A DNA stretch of 63,970 bases, the filler included, from Octopus bimaculoides (lineage: Eukaryota), in assembly GCF_001194135.2 (NCBI RefSeq). It is 5 parts of 4 records of this genome, joined end to end, with 100 filler letters (N's around TTAATTAATTAA, not from the genome) between each part and the next. Parts side by side here need not be neighbours in the genome. Positions count along the whole stretch, not along the records: positions 15,942 to 40,271 come from NC_068984.1; 4 more parts are not named here. The stretch is one strand, 5' to 3'. Made by a program: the position numbers and the translations under genes. The notes below the pieces were generated by a model, which was not told where the DNA came from, made no database searches, and worked only from the letters and a program-made list of their open reading frames with translations. The stretch's first letter is position 1. Each line of letters begins with the position of its first letter. Below, in pieces: positions 23,960-36,245 of this stretch.

Positions 23960-24490
23960 GGTAAAAGATTTAAATAAATTTTTGGTGGAATTCTGGTTTA
24001 AGTACCCCATATAACCCCTCATAACTTTTATATTTTGGAGAATTTTCAGAAAATTGTTACAAATTTGTGTTCTACGTATGGGAATTCATATGATTATGAA
24101 AAAAATTTTTTTCTTCGCTTTTTTGAATTTAAAAAACATTAAAAAAACTTTTTGTTGTTTTTTTGTTGAAAATTTAGTGTTTAAAATATGGACAGACAGA
24201 ATTTTTTGCTTAAATCCCAGCAATGGACCATTAAATGTGTTTATGGGGAAAAAAACTGTGAGAAACATCAATACGTGTCAGAGTGACAAAGAAATGAGGG
24301 AGGTAAATAACCCTCAAATCACACAAAAAAGTTTTTATTTTGGTTTTTGCATAATCATATGAATTCCTGTGTGTAGAATATAAAATTCATGAAAATTTTC
24401 TGAAAATTTACAAAAATAAAAAAATTACGAGGGATTATTTGGGGTGCTTAAACCAAAATTCTACCACTAAATCTCCCTTAAATAACCTTT
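23960..24490. mobile_element. Large fold-back MITE, about 130-bp imperfect TIRs
   Basis: 23981-24105 is the reverse complement, with mismatches, of 24345-24470; a third direct copy of the arm lies at 23040-23140. Confidence 0.75.
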
Positions 24491-24867
24491 CCATCTGAAA
24501 ATTATTTTGAAATTATAAACAGAAACAAATTGCAGATTTGGATTGTCTGTATCTTAAAACCATGATTAAAAGACAATTTTTAAAAAGCCAAAATTTTAGG
24601 ATTTATTTTTAAGAAAATTTTTTTTTTAAATTTCACTATTCTAAATTAAATTTCATTTTCTGTTTGAAAATGAAGCAAGTGGGAGTTGTAATAGCAATTG
24701 CCAATTTCCAAATTTCTTTTTTGTTTTAGCCTTCAAGGCTTCTCACATTGTTTTTAAGTATGTAGTGCAAAAAAAAAAGACATTGGCCAAAATTAATACT
24801 GAGTGGGAGAAGGGAAGTTGGAAAAGATTCATAAATTTTCTGAAAATTTACAAANNNNNNNNNNGAT

Positions 24868-26389
24868 TCATCATCATCATCATCGTTTAACATCCACCTT
24901 CCATGCTAGCATGGGTTGGATGATTTGACTGAGGACTGGCGAACCAGATGGCTACACCAGGCTCCAATCTGATTTGGCAGAGTTTCTACAGCTGGATGCC
25001 CTTCCTAACGCCAACTACTCCAAGAGTGTAGTGGGTGCTTTTACGTGCTGCTGGCATGAAGGCCAGTCAGGCGGTACTGGCAATGGCCATGCTCACAATG
25101 GTGTATTTTACATGCCACCTGCACAGGAGCCAGTCCAGCGGCACTGGCAACGATCTTGCTAGAATGTTTTTTCATGTGCCACCAGTACAAGTGCCAGTAA
25201 GGCGACGCTGGTAACGATCACGCTCAAATAGTGCCATTTACATGCTACTGGCACGGGAGCCAGACAGCTGCTCTGGCAATGATCATGCTCAGACGGTGCT
25301 CTTAGCACTCCACTCGTACAGGTGTCAACATGATTTCGATTTCACTTGCCTCAACAAGTCTTTGCAAATGGAGTTTAGTGTCCACTGAAGGAAAGGTACG
25401 CATAAGTGGGCTGGCTACACCCCTGACAGAGGCCACGGATTATGGTCTTACTTGGCTTGCTGGGTCTTCTCATGCACAGCATATTTTCAAAGGTCTCGGT
25501 CACAAGTCATTGCCTCGGTGAGGCCTAATGTTCGAAGGTCGTGCTTCACCACCTCATCCCAGGTCTTCCTGGATCTACCTCTTCCACAGGTTCCCTAAAC
25601 TGCTAGGGTGGGGCACTTTTTCACACAGCTATCCTCATCCATTCTCGCCAAATAACCATACCAGCGCAATCGTCTCTCTTGCACACCACAACTGATGCTT
25701 CTTAAGTTCAACTTTTCTCTCAAGGTACTTACACTCTGTTGAATATGCACACTGACATTACTCATCCATCGGAGCATACTGGCATCATTCCTTGCGAGCT
25801 TATGCATGTCCTCAGAAGTCACGGCCCATGGTTGTTCGTACACATGCGTCATGCAGTCTGCCTTTTACTCTGAGAGAGAGGCCCTTTGTCACTAGCAGAG
25901 GTAAGAGCTCTCTGAACTTTGCCCAGGCTATTCTTATTCTAGCAGCTACACTTTCAGCACACCCTCCCCCACTACTAACTTGGTCATCTAGACAACGGAA
26001 GCTATCAACTACGTCTAGTTTTTCTTTCTGGAATGTGGCAGAAGTTGTTTTCTGCACATTTTCAGTGATTATTGCACCTGAACATCTGCTACATACAAAA
26101 ACTAACTTCCTAGTTAGCCTTCTTTTGATATTGCTGCACCTCTTATGTGTCCATAGCTTACACTGGGTACATCTTATAGAGTTTCTACCTACGCCTTTTC
26201 TACAGATTGAGCAGGGCCATCTACCTGAAGGGGTTTGTGTTTTGTCTACCTTCCTACTTATTAGGACTTTGGTTTTAGCTAGGTTGACTCTAAGGCCCTT
26301 CGATTCTAGTCCTTGCTTCCACACCTGAAACTTCTCCTCTCATTCTGATAGTGACTCAGCAATTAGCACAAGGTCATCAGCATAGAGGA
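24868..26389 (-). mobile_element. RTE-clade LINE, 5'-truncated, RT C-terminal part plus 3' UTR
   Basis: ORFs 25812-26324 (RVNLAKTKVL...RIAWAKFRELLP) and 25595-25852 (ERRLRWYGYLARM); LYADDL at the truncation point; (CAT)n tail. Confidence 0.9.
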
Positions 26390-27394
26390 TTTTTCAAAAA
26401 TTATTTTCATAAAAAGCTTCCCCCCATCACTTGCAAAGGCATGGTGAAAAACAAATTTGAAAAATCCTTGTCAAAGTGGAGAAAATCTAACTTATGTGGG
26501 TGTACTATTCCACAAATCCACCAAGGACAAAAAATTGGACAAAATTGATCCATATGGTAAAGATTTTCTTGATTAGTCAGTTTCAAGAAAGAATGACAAT
26601 AACTACAACAACAATGACAGTGATGAAGAAAGTAAAAAAAGAATCAAAATAATAATAATAATAATGGCAACAATACTGCTACCACCCACTGCTTTCACCT
26701 CTGCAATGACAAGTAGTTCCTTTTGTTGATCAGAAATGCCTCTCACAGATAGGCTACTGTCTGTGAATTTTGTTTTTGATTTCATATTATGATTGTTATA
26801 AAATTACACTTCAAAAATCATTGTTTGTTTTGTTAATAGGTTATTTTGTGGTATAGTTGGTTGATATAGTTTAAGTGGCATGTGACTACAGGAATTATCA
26901 GCAACAAGAGCATAAACAGCACTCACAGCAAGATGGTTTACTCCTGCGCAAGAGCTGCAAAATTAATTGATCAAGTCTCTCTGGAAGAGAAACATGTAAA
27001 CCTAAAAGAGGCCTAAAAGCTTGTCTGGAGAGACATTGAGAGAGTCAAACTCCCATGCTCCCAGAGCTCTTAGAGTAAATGATTAGAGGATTTTTCAAAT
27101 TTGTTTTTCACCATGCCTTTGCAAGTGATGGGGGGAAGCTTTTTATGAAAATAATTTTTGAAAAATCCTCTATGCTGATGACCTTCGCTCCTTCTCCATC
27201 TCTAACTCTCCTCCTACACTCTTACAGCTTCTACCCACCTTCACTCTCTGTGCTTCTATCTCCTCTCACTCCTATTCCCCTTCTTGTACTTTTAGAGTCC
27301 ATCCTGACACTCCATTACCACTATTTGATCTCTCTTTCCAGCCCTACCTGGGTTATTTCCACCTACTCTTCTATAATGTGAGTAGCCAAGTAGC

Positions 27395-27550
27395 TCCTCT
27401 ACAGCAGGAAATCTGTTCTGTTATGGCTCCAGCTATAGAAACCATGCCAAAGCAGACATTGGACCATGATGCAGTCTTCAAATCTGTTGGATCCTGTCAA
27501 ACCATCCAACTCTTGCCAGCAATGGAAATTAGAAGATGATGATGATGATT
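27395..27550 (+). mobile_element. Degenerate RTE 3' tail
   Basis: ccagctatagaaaccatgccaaagcaga...atccaactcttgccagcaatggaa...(gat)n. Confidence 0.6.
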
Positions 27551-28754
27551 AATAGTGATATATCAGTGCATATCAGATAAGAGCACTAGGTAGAAAGAGC
27601 CACACATACCTAGATGGAGACGTTTGTGAGACATATGGACTGACATTGATTTTATCATTGAGCCAAGTAATATGAGACTGTGGAAGTGAGATTCCTCTCG
27701 GAGTTTGTCCTCATTCCAACATAGTATGGTCAGTGAATGTTTTGGATGTCCTGCAAGAAATGAATATCTGGTAGGTGGTGACATGCATTATAAAATAAAA
27801 ATCACTATCATAAAAATTGGTCTGGAATTGAGATAGAAGTTCTGACCTAGGTACAACCTGAAAGGCTTGATAAGATTATAGTTCTAATAAATCTCCAAAT
27901 GGCACCCAAGTAAATGTTATGGTGGAAGTCAGAAGTTGCACCAATCAACTGAGGGACTTCTGCTTGCTGCAGAATGTAAGGCACTGCAGCTAACACCACT
28001 ATTACATCAACCACAGTACCAACACCAACACTAACAACTTCAATAGCACTAACAGAAACAACAGCAATACCATCACCACAACCTCTGCAGCAGTTATACC
28101 AACAACAATAATATCATCTCTTTGAATAAAGCATTAACAACAACATTAAAGACTGTTACAACAATGACAATAGAAGTAGAAACCAATGCCATAGCACAGG
28201 ACAGCTCCAGCATCACTACTACCTAAGAAAGTCTTTTCTTATTTACAAGTTTTCTGAGATACAAAACCTTATAGACAGGCACTACTTCCCTCTAGCTCAA
28301 GTCTCAGAGATCCTAAGATACAAGACGCATTACCAGGTGAAAGAACAATAGACAAAATGGCTTGGAACAGCAGAAATATTGACCAACCAATCACCAGTAG
28401 CAGCAGCAGTAGTAGCACCATCAAATAACAACACAAATATAACTACTACTAAAGAAAGAAAATCAAAAACAAATATATGAACAACAGCAGCAACAAAACC
28501 AATAACCAACAACCTCCACTCTTTACTTTACAGTCATTTGAAAATGAGCCACAGTGATTTTATGGACAAGGTAATGATTAATAAAAACTGTATTTACCAA
28601 AGAACTCTTCCACCCCACCCCCCAAAAAAATAAACAGAGAAGTCTATCCATATAAACATACTCAAGCATCTAGTGATTAGAAGTTTTCTGTGAAAGAAAA
28701 AAACTTAGAGGTGCCTTGGATATTGAATTGCCACTCTTCTCCAAGTGATCTCTC

Positions 28755-29110
28755 CCTGTGTTTTCTCTAACCAATGTGAGATGTAAAAATGTACATGGCC
28801 TAGAGTTGGTTAGAGAGCAAGGTCACTTGCTGAAAGACCTCAGGTCATTAGATATAGATGTAACTATCATTTATAGTAACCATGGAGATGTGCAAGACCA
28901 GGATTTCCAAGATACATGCTCTAATCCTATCATTAATGACTATAAAGTGTATGCATCTTATGTTTAATATTGACAACATCTGGCCAGGATCAAACCAAGT
29001 ATTGTTTCAAAAGGAGCTTGGATTTTGAAGCACTGATGGTCTTCCTGGACTTGGACAGTAGCAGCGGTGGTACCTTCAGACTATTAGTTTGAACAATGTA
29101 GACACAAACC
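28755..29110 (+). mobile_element. Possible LINE apurinic-endonuclease relic (L1/Tx1-like)
   Basis: NVRCKNVHGL...QGHLLKDLRSLDIDV and LDLDSSSGGTFRLLV resemble APE motifs (NVRGL...QET; FRLVAVYAP); heavily degraded. Confidence 0.4.
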
Positions 29111-29739
29111 AGGCTACTGATCCCTCAATTTTATTCCCAGTATACTGTAGCCTTCAGGCCTTCAGTAACCTGTTTAGCAAACTCAAACTGAGCTGATGGT
29201 AACAATTGGCTGTGAAATGCTCTGAAGATGGTAATTAAGAATACAACTTCTAATGAATAAGTCTTCCTAGCAACAGCAAAAAACAGGAAGAAATGCCTAG
29301 AAATACAACTGTAGCATCAATTCTTTCTGTTCATTTGAATGAAGAAGATGCCAAGGGCAATCAGAAAGTTGTGAAAAATAACAAAGAGTGGTATGAGCAA
29401 CAAAGAGGAACTGGAGAGGGTCAAGTAAAAATATAGTGGAATGACTACCNNNNNNNNNNNNCCCCCCAAAAAAAACCCCTACTTTACCAGTATCAGCAAA
29501 CAAAGATGAAGAAGATGTGGCCAGACAAACAACTCAGTGAATAGTCCGCAAACAACAATAGTAACAAGAACAACATTAACAATGCAAACTTTTACAACCC
29601 GAGCAGATATGTATATGACAACGACCATCTCATCCATTATGATGTGATGGAGGACAGAGCTGGCTTCAGTGGAACAATTTGTATCAGTCTTACTGAGCGC
29701 CACAAGCCAAATTTATGGTTGATATAAAGTTCCAACCAT

Positions 29740-30843
29740 AGTGGTGAAACAGTATAGTAGACAGGGCCATTAGAGCAAAGAAACAGGCCTGGAAGAACTG
29801 GAAGAGCATTGCTAGCAGAGAATTATATCAGGTTGCTAGAAGAGAAGCTAGGAGATAGATATACTTAGCCAGAGGAGAAGCAGAAAGGAAGAAGTTTGTC
29901 AACGTTCTGCAGCATGAGGACCAGGGGCTTGAGGTGTTTCAGGTGGCAAGACAGTGTCAGAGAAAATCATGATGTTGGAGAGAAATGCATTCGCAGAGAT
30001 GATGGTTCACTTGCAGTTAGTGATTCTGCAAAGAAAGAGGCTTGAAAGTGCTTATGTGAAAGGCTGCTGAATATAGTGAATCCATGGGAGAAGGAGAGCC
30101 TCCCTAACCTTAAACCAATAGAGGGACCAGCTATTCGAATAGAAAGTTGCTTGGTAGATAAAGCAATTAAGGATATGAAGACAGGGAAAGCCCCTGGCCC
30201 ATCAGGAATCACTGCTGAGATGCTTTAATATCTGGCAAAATGTGATATGGCCTAGTCACCTGTCTAGTTAATCGGTAGTCCACAAGTTAGTCATACCCAA
30301 TGACTGGTGTAGCAGCAGAAATAATTACAGAGGTAGCAAATTGCTGGACCAGGTCGTGATGGTCAAAGCTCAACTAATTAGGTGGAGAGTGAGTCAAGAT
30401 GAGACACAGTTTGGTTTTGTGCCAAGGAGAAGCACTACTGATGTTATACTCCTGGTAAGGCAACTGCAGCTGAAGCATTTAGCCAAAAATAAACCTCTGT
30501 ACTTAGTTTTTGTTGACATGGAGAAGCCTTTGATAGATCCCCTCACTCCTTTATCTGTTGGTCAATGTGGAAGCTAGGGATAGATTAGTGGTTGGTGAGA
30601 GTTGCCCAAGCCATGTATAGGGATGCTGTCAGTAAGGTGAAAGTTGGCAATGAGTATAGCAAGGAATTTAATGTACAGGTAGGAATCCACCAAGGTTTGA
30701 TTCTCAGTTCCTCTTGTTCATCAGAGTCCTTTAGGCCATAACAAAGGAATTTAAGACTTGCTGATGACCTTGTTTTTATAGCTGAATTACTGTCAGAATT
30801 AAAGAAGAAATTTTAGGTATGGAAGCAAGGTCTGGAATCTAAA
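29740..30843 (+). mobile_element. RTE LINE internal RT fragment
   Basis: Reverse-complement homology to 37190-38340; QFGFVPRRSTTDVILLVRQLQ.KHLAKNKPLYLVFVDMEK. Confidence 0.85.
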
Positions 30844-30844
30844 A

Positions 30845-32480
30845 CTTTTTGGCTTTACAGCTTCACAAAGATACATAGATTCAAACATAGCTAAAATCGA
30901 AGAGCCTGATGTGAGATCAGAAGGTAAACAGGAAGTTACTTGATCTAGAATGATTCAAGATCCAGTTCTTTGAAGTCTTCCTTAGCTGGGGAGTTGAACT
31001 TCAGCTCAAGAAATTCTTCTTGCACTTCATCCAAAACAACAATCACTTCACACTGAAATGGGTTCCTGATGAATTTCCAAGCTTCATGCTTTTCTTCTAT
31101 ATCTGGGAAGTATCTAATGAATTCTGTTTTCAAGTCGGATGAATGATTATTTGTTTCTTTAACTCAGGATCAAGGTTACCATGAATGAGAGCAGAATCCA
31201 AATACTAAAACTGGCTGTATTTCCCTGCTGAATGCAACATTTCCAGTGGTCAAGTTTGGCCACGAAGGTTTGAATGGTGCATGAGAATGTTGATATTTTT
31301 CCTTTGTAGTTTAAGGTCGAGAGCATTCAACACTTTGAAGATGTCCACCAGGTAAGCTAGAGCTAGCTGAAAGCCTTCAGACTCGAACTTGTTATGGAGA
31401 TCTGTCTTCTGCTGCAAATCAAGAAATATTGCTACTTCTCATAGTTCATAAAGCAGTCCAAGCATATTCCCCTTTGATAGTCATTGTACATTCATGTGAA
31501 AAAGCAATGGTTCATGTTCAGATTCCATATCTTTACACAACAGTTTGAAAAGACGACTGTTTAAGGTTTCACCTTTAATAAAATTGACAACCTTGATAGC
31601 CATATTCAGGACATTTCTCATTTCAGTAGGTTAGCTTCTGGATGCTGTAGCTTCATGATGAAATATGCTGTGTGTACCTACAACAGATGGATTTTTTTCT
31701 TTCACCCTAGTAATGAATCCAGACTGCAGACCAAGCATGGCTGGAGCTCCATCAGTGCACACCCCTACAAGTGAATCCCACGAAAGTTGGTTTTTCTGAA
31801 AGAAGTTTGATACATCACGAAAAATAGCTGTTGCTGTTGTACAACTATCCATAGGGTGACAGAACATTTCCTCTTTTACACAGTTGCCTGACGCAAAATG
31901 AGTACATACCAGTAGCTAAGAACACTGAGCAATGTCAGTCATTTTGTCACACTGGATGGCAAAAATAGGAGAATCTCTTACTTGGTTGAGAATTTGAGCT
32001 TTGATGTCTTGAGACAAGTCATCAATCCTTCTCTTGACTGTATTTGTATTGTTTGATAGTGAAATCTGAGAAAGCTTGTTTGCACTATCTTTCCCCAGAA
32101 CGAGTTCTGCTTCATGAAGTAGACTTGGTTTGACGAGAGACTCTCCGATGTTATGGCTCTTCTTGCTCTTTGTAATCAACATGGCGAACTAATAGGAAGC
32201 CTCAACAACCATTGAAGTTTGTTGCCGAAATGCCCCACTACCATCCAACTTAGCTTGCTTCAAGGAATGTCGTTTTATTTCAAAGAATGCCTTGGGCTCA
32301 TCTGCAAGAGCAGGATGTGTTGTTCCAAGCGAGAGGGTTGCATCCCACCATTGCTCAAAGTAATGTAACATATCACACATTAGGGTACTTTTGTATCACC
32401 CTTTTGTACGGACATGAATCCAAATCGAATATATTCACCAAGATACTTCTGTTTCTTTGCACTCATTGTGAATTATTTGA
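30845..32480 (-). mobile_element. Buster-type hAT transposase relic (ZBED8/FAM200-like)
   Basis: Peptides KSKKSHNIGESLVKP, ISLSNNT.TVKRRIDDLSQDI, VCTDGAPAMLG...HS/CIFH, AMFESMYLCE (hAT dimerisation motif) and a BED-finger-like YIRFGF...CVIC. Confidence 0.9.
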
Positions 32481-32930
32481 TGTGCAGTGGATAACACAAA
32501 TATGTGAACAAAAGATAAGGCATGTGTAAGGTAATGTCACAGCCCAAGTTAGAACACTAGCCCAAGTTAGAATGCTTGGAGTAAAAAGTTCTGAAAAAAA
32601 TTTTAAACAAAATAATTTGGAATAAAAGTTAAATTAAAAGAAAAGTTATACTAAAAATTTGTACAATAAAATATTGTATTTATTTTGTATGCAAATAATA
32701 AAAAAAAGTATTTTTTAAAAAGAAAAGATTTTGCATAGCTTTTAGTTTTACCTAGTACTTTTTGTAATATTTAAATCTGATAAGTTAATATTTTTTAGTA
32801 TGGTACTATAATGATGTGATAATGTTTCAGCATGTCTCTTGACTTTTAAGAATCACATTATTTCATATATATGAAAACTGTGAATCAAACTTGTTTATAA
32901 TCTATTAACAGAAGATGTTTGTCTTTACAC

Positions 32931-33939
32931 TGTAAAGAACGACTGTGCGAACCAAAGGAGAATGGCGACAAACGGGAGGAAGCTCCTTGTAAACGTGTCG
33001 CACGGCCGCCACAAGACATGTAATATGACATAAGGAGGTGGGCTCACATGTGTGATGCAAGCGAGTGCCAGCAATGAAAGGAGAGAGACAGACAACCGTT
33101 AGATATATATAAAGAGTAGGTTTATTAAGGTAGTCAACTGTGCATCTGTGTGTGCGTGCATGCGGCAATATAAGTAATAATAACACTATACATAAGACAG
33201 GCCTTCGTGTGAACAATAGTATGTATACAAAAATGTGTGTGTGTGTGAGTATTACAGAACATGGAATAAGCGTCTGTAACAGACTATAAGAGTCCTGAAC
33301 ACAAAGATAAGAAAGTACCAGTTCATAGAAGAGTTTCACAGTAGGTAGAATGTCTGTACAAGAGGTTGTGGCCGAATAGCAGAGCTGTGGTGTCACTTGT
33401 CGTTTGTGAAGTTTGAGTGTCGATGCTGTAACCAGTTACTTGGTACAGAATATTCTCGCAGGTTGCTCTGGCTGTTATTTTCGAGGTGGAAACAATCCAC
33501 ACAAACAGTGTTGAGACGGAACTGCGGTTGCTGTTGGTAGCGTGTACTCTGGTGGTGGTGTTGGCGCTGGCGATGACATTGTAGTAGACAGTAGATTGGT
33601 GGTGTTGACGTCGTCGCTGGAAACTGGCTGGAGCTGTGTTCTGTGAGATGATCAACAACCAGACCTGTAAGAGGTCTGAAGTCGAAGACAAACTGGCATG
33701 GATGAAGCAGAGCTATTTATAGATAAAAAAGGGCTCCGGAAAAAGCAGAAAAACCTCTCTTAATAGAAGGCCACGATTGGTTGATATGCACCCTGGCGCG
33801 AAACAGAACTGTTGACAAATGCCGTGCAAATAAGAGCCAATCAGGATGATGGACACAGCGGTCCAAGCGGCCAAAGGCTAGATGTTAGCCGCTACGTTAT
33901 CATTCGTAAATAAATACCCGAGAGAGAGGTTTCACTACA
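32931..33939 (-). mobile_element. Solo LTR (1009 bp) with 4-bp TSD
   Basis: acac|TGTAaag...cacTACA|acac; on the minus strand it has CCAAT boxes, a TATA box and a downstream AATAAA in U3-R-U5 order. Confidence 0.7.
33713..33841 (-). promoter_or_regulatory. Putative LTR promoter (two CCAAT boxes plus TATAAATA)
   Basis: ccaat at 33837-33841 (+), gattgg at 33775-33780, ctatttatag at 33713-33722 (TATAAATA on minus); AATAAA on minus at 33121-33126. Confidence 0.5.
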
Positions 33940-34271
33940 ACACGATAATAATATCTAAGCTTTATACTAGTGATTCTTAACCTGAATCTTGTAACAAAAA
34001 AAAATTACAAAAATAAAGGCAAATATTAAAACTACAATTCAGAATTAGTGAGGGATTTGAAGGGGTGGGGGTATAGAAAAATGGTAAGCGGCACTAAGAT
34101 AGTAGAATAAGAAACTAAAGGTATAAGGTGATACTTATGTATTTTTTCATAAACTTCTCATTATTTGACCAGGCTCTCATTAAGAGAATAACAAATATAA
34201 TTAGAGAAATTCCTGCTTTTTCTCAAGGGCTTGCATGCCTCCCAGGTTAAGAACCCCCAGTCCAAGGGGAT

Positions 34272-34935
34272 CCTTAGAAGTAGTAGATAGCTTCTGCTAC
34301 CTAGGTGACCAAGTTATCAGTAGAAGAGAATACTCTGAAAGTGTAGTTGCTGGAATAAAAATGAACTGGGCAAAATTCAGAGCTTCTATCTTTGTTAGTA
34401 ATAAAGGGTCTCTCCCATAGAGTGAAAGGCAGATTGTATAATGCCTGTATATGAACAGCTATGCTACATGGTAGTGAAACATGTAAAGTAGCTGCAGTGA
34501 CCATGTGAAGGCTTGAAAGAAAAGAAACCAGTATGCTCCATTGGATGAGTAATGTCAGTGTGCATGTACAATGGAGTGTAAATGATTTAAGAGAAAATTG
34601 GGTATCAGAGGCATCAGATGTAGTGTACAAGAGAGAAGACTGCAGTGGTGTGGTTATGTGATGCATTTGAATGAAGACATCTGCACAAAGACATGCTGAT
34701 CTCTAATTTTGAGGGAACCTGTGGAAGAGGTACATCCAGGAAGACATAGGATGAAGTGGTGAGAAATGACCTTCAGATATTAAGCCTCACAGATGAGATG
34801 ACAAGGGACTGTGATCTCTGGCAATTTGCTGTGCTTGATAAGTCAAGGTAAGTAAAATAGTGTCATCCATACATACAGGCATGTTCTCTATGACCATACC
34901 CCTCACCACTCACAGGCACATAATCTGTCCTCTGT
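34272..34935 (+). mobile_element. RTE LINE 3' fragment, degraded
   Basis: LEVVDSFCYLGDQV...NWAKFR; homologous to 36330-36960 (reverse complement). Confidence 0.85.
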
Positions 34936-35151
34936 TAAAATACCCCTACAATTCATCTTCCTCATCCCACTACCCATGATTACCACCCACTACAATCTCT
35001 CCATGTTTTAACATTTCTACCATGCCTACCTCCCAACCACTCCATTTTTTCTTACCATCACTCACTACAGCCATATCTTCCCCATTTATAAACATCTCCC
35101 CTTACACTCTCATGGAATATGCCCCTAACTCCAATACATCTACACCATCTG

Positions 35152-35172
35152 TTCTCTCTGTCTCTCTCTCTG

Positions 35173-35204
<32 letters not shown>

Positions 35205-35210
35205 TCTCTG

Positions 35211-35276
<66 letters not shown>

Positions 35277-35513
35277 NNNNNNNNNNNNNNNNNNNNNNNN
35301 NNNNNNNNNNNNNNNNNNNNNNNNNNNNNNNNNNNNNNNNNNNNNNNNNNNNNNNNNNNNNNNNNNNNNNNNNNNNNNNNNNNNNNNNNNNNNNNNNNNN
35401 NNNNNNNNNNNNNNNNNNNNNNNNNNNNNNNNNNNNNNNNNNNNNNNNNNNNNNNNNNNNNNNNNNNNNNNNNNNNNNNNNNNNNNCTCTCTCTCTCTCT
35501 CTCTCTCTCTCTC
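35152..35513. repeat. (TC)n/(TCTG)n microsatellite spanning a gap
   Basis: Directly visible. Confidence 0.95.
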
Positions 35514-36245
35514 ACTTTAACTGTCTCTCTATCTTACTCTACCTCAAAGGTTCTCAATGGGGGCCACAAAACAGACACTAGCAAACACACAGTAATGAAT
35601 AAAGGCAAAAAGATGAGTGTGTGTGTGTGTGTGTGCAAATATATAAAGAATGGTGGTCAGAATTTTGGATCAAACTGGCTTTTAGGAGTGGCTGATAGGT
35701 ATGTATTTGTGTATGTGTGTATATGTATGGGTATGTTTGTATGTATATGATGGCATGTGTTACTGTTTTGAATTCCTTTCTGTGATTGAACTTAAATTGA
35801 CTCCTGGCTATTAAAGACCCAGCCACACACACACACATTTGTTTTAGGTTTTTTACCCATTTGAACTGCCTTTGAATTTGTTTTAATTATAAAATTATAC
35901 CCAAGCTAAAAACACATCTTTTGGTCTTGGAAACAGAACCTTTTTTTTCTAAGTTAGAATTTCTTTGTTTTGGTCAGGATTTTCCAATTTCCTGTATCAA
36001 GCAATGGACAGAAGCATTCAAAAAAATTAAATTCATAGAGCCAATCAAAATCAAAAATATTAATCTTAATCGTAATGATGGAGAGGAGTAAATATTTTTC
36101 CTTTCCTTAATACTAACAAGAGCATAGTATAAGGAAGATTTAGCTGTTATTTCAAGCAAATTGAATAAACCACACAGAGAGTACCTCATTGGCCCATTTG
36201 TTGATGTGTATAAGTAAACAAAACAGGCACTAGCAAAAACACATG

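Noticed and set aside
35970-36085. Plus-strand exon candidate DFPISCIKQWTEAFKKIKFIEP
   Set aside because: Weak donor, in-frame stop immediately after, and no recognisable homology.
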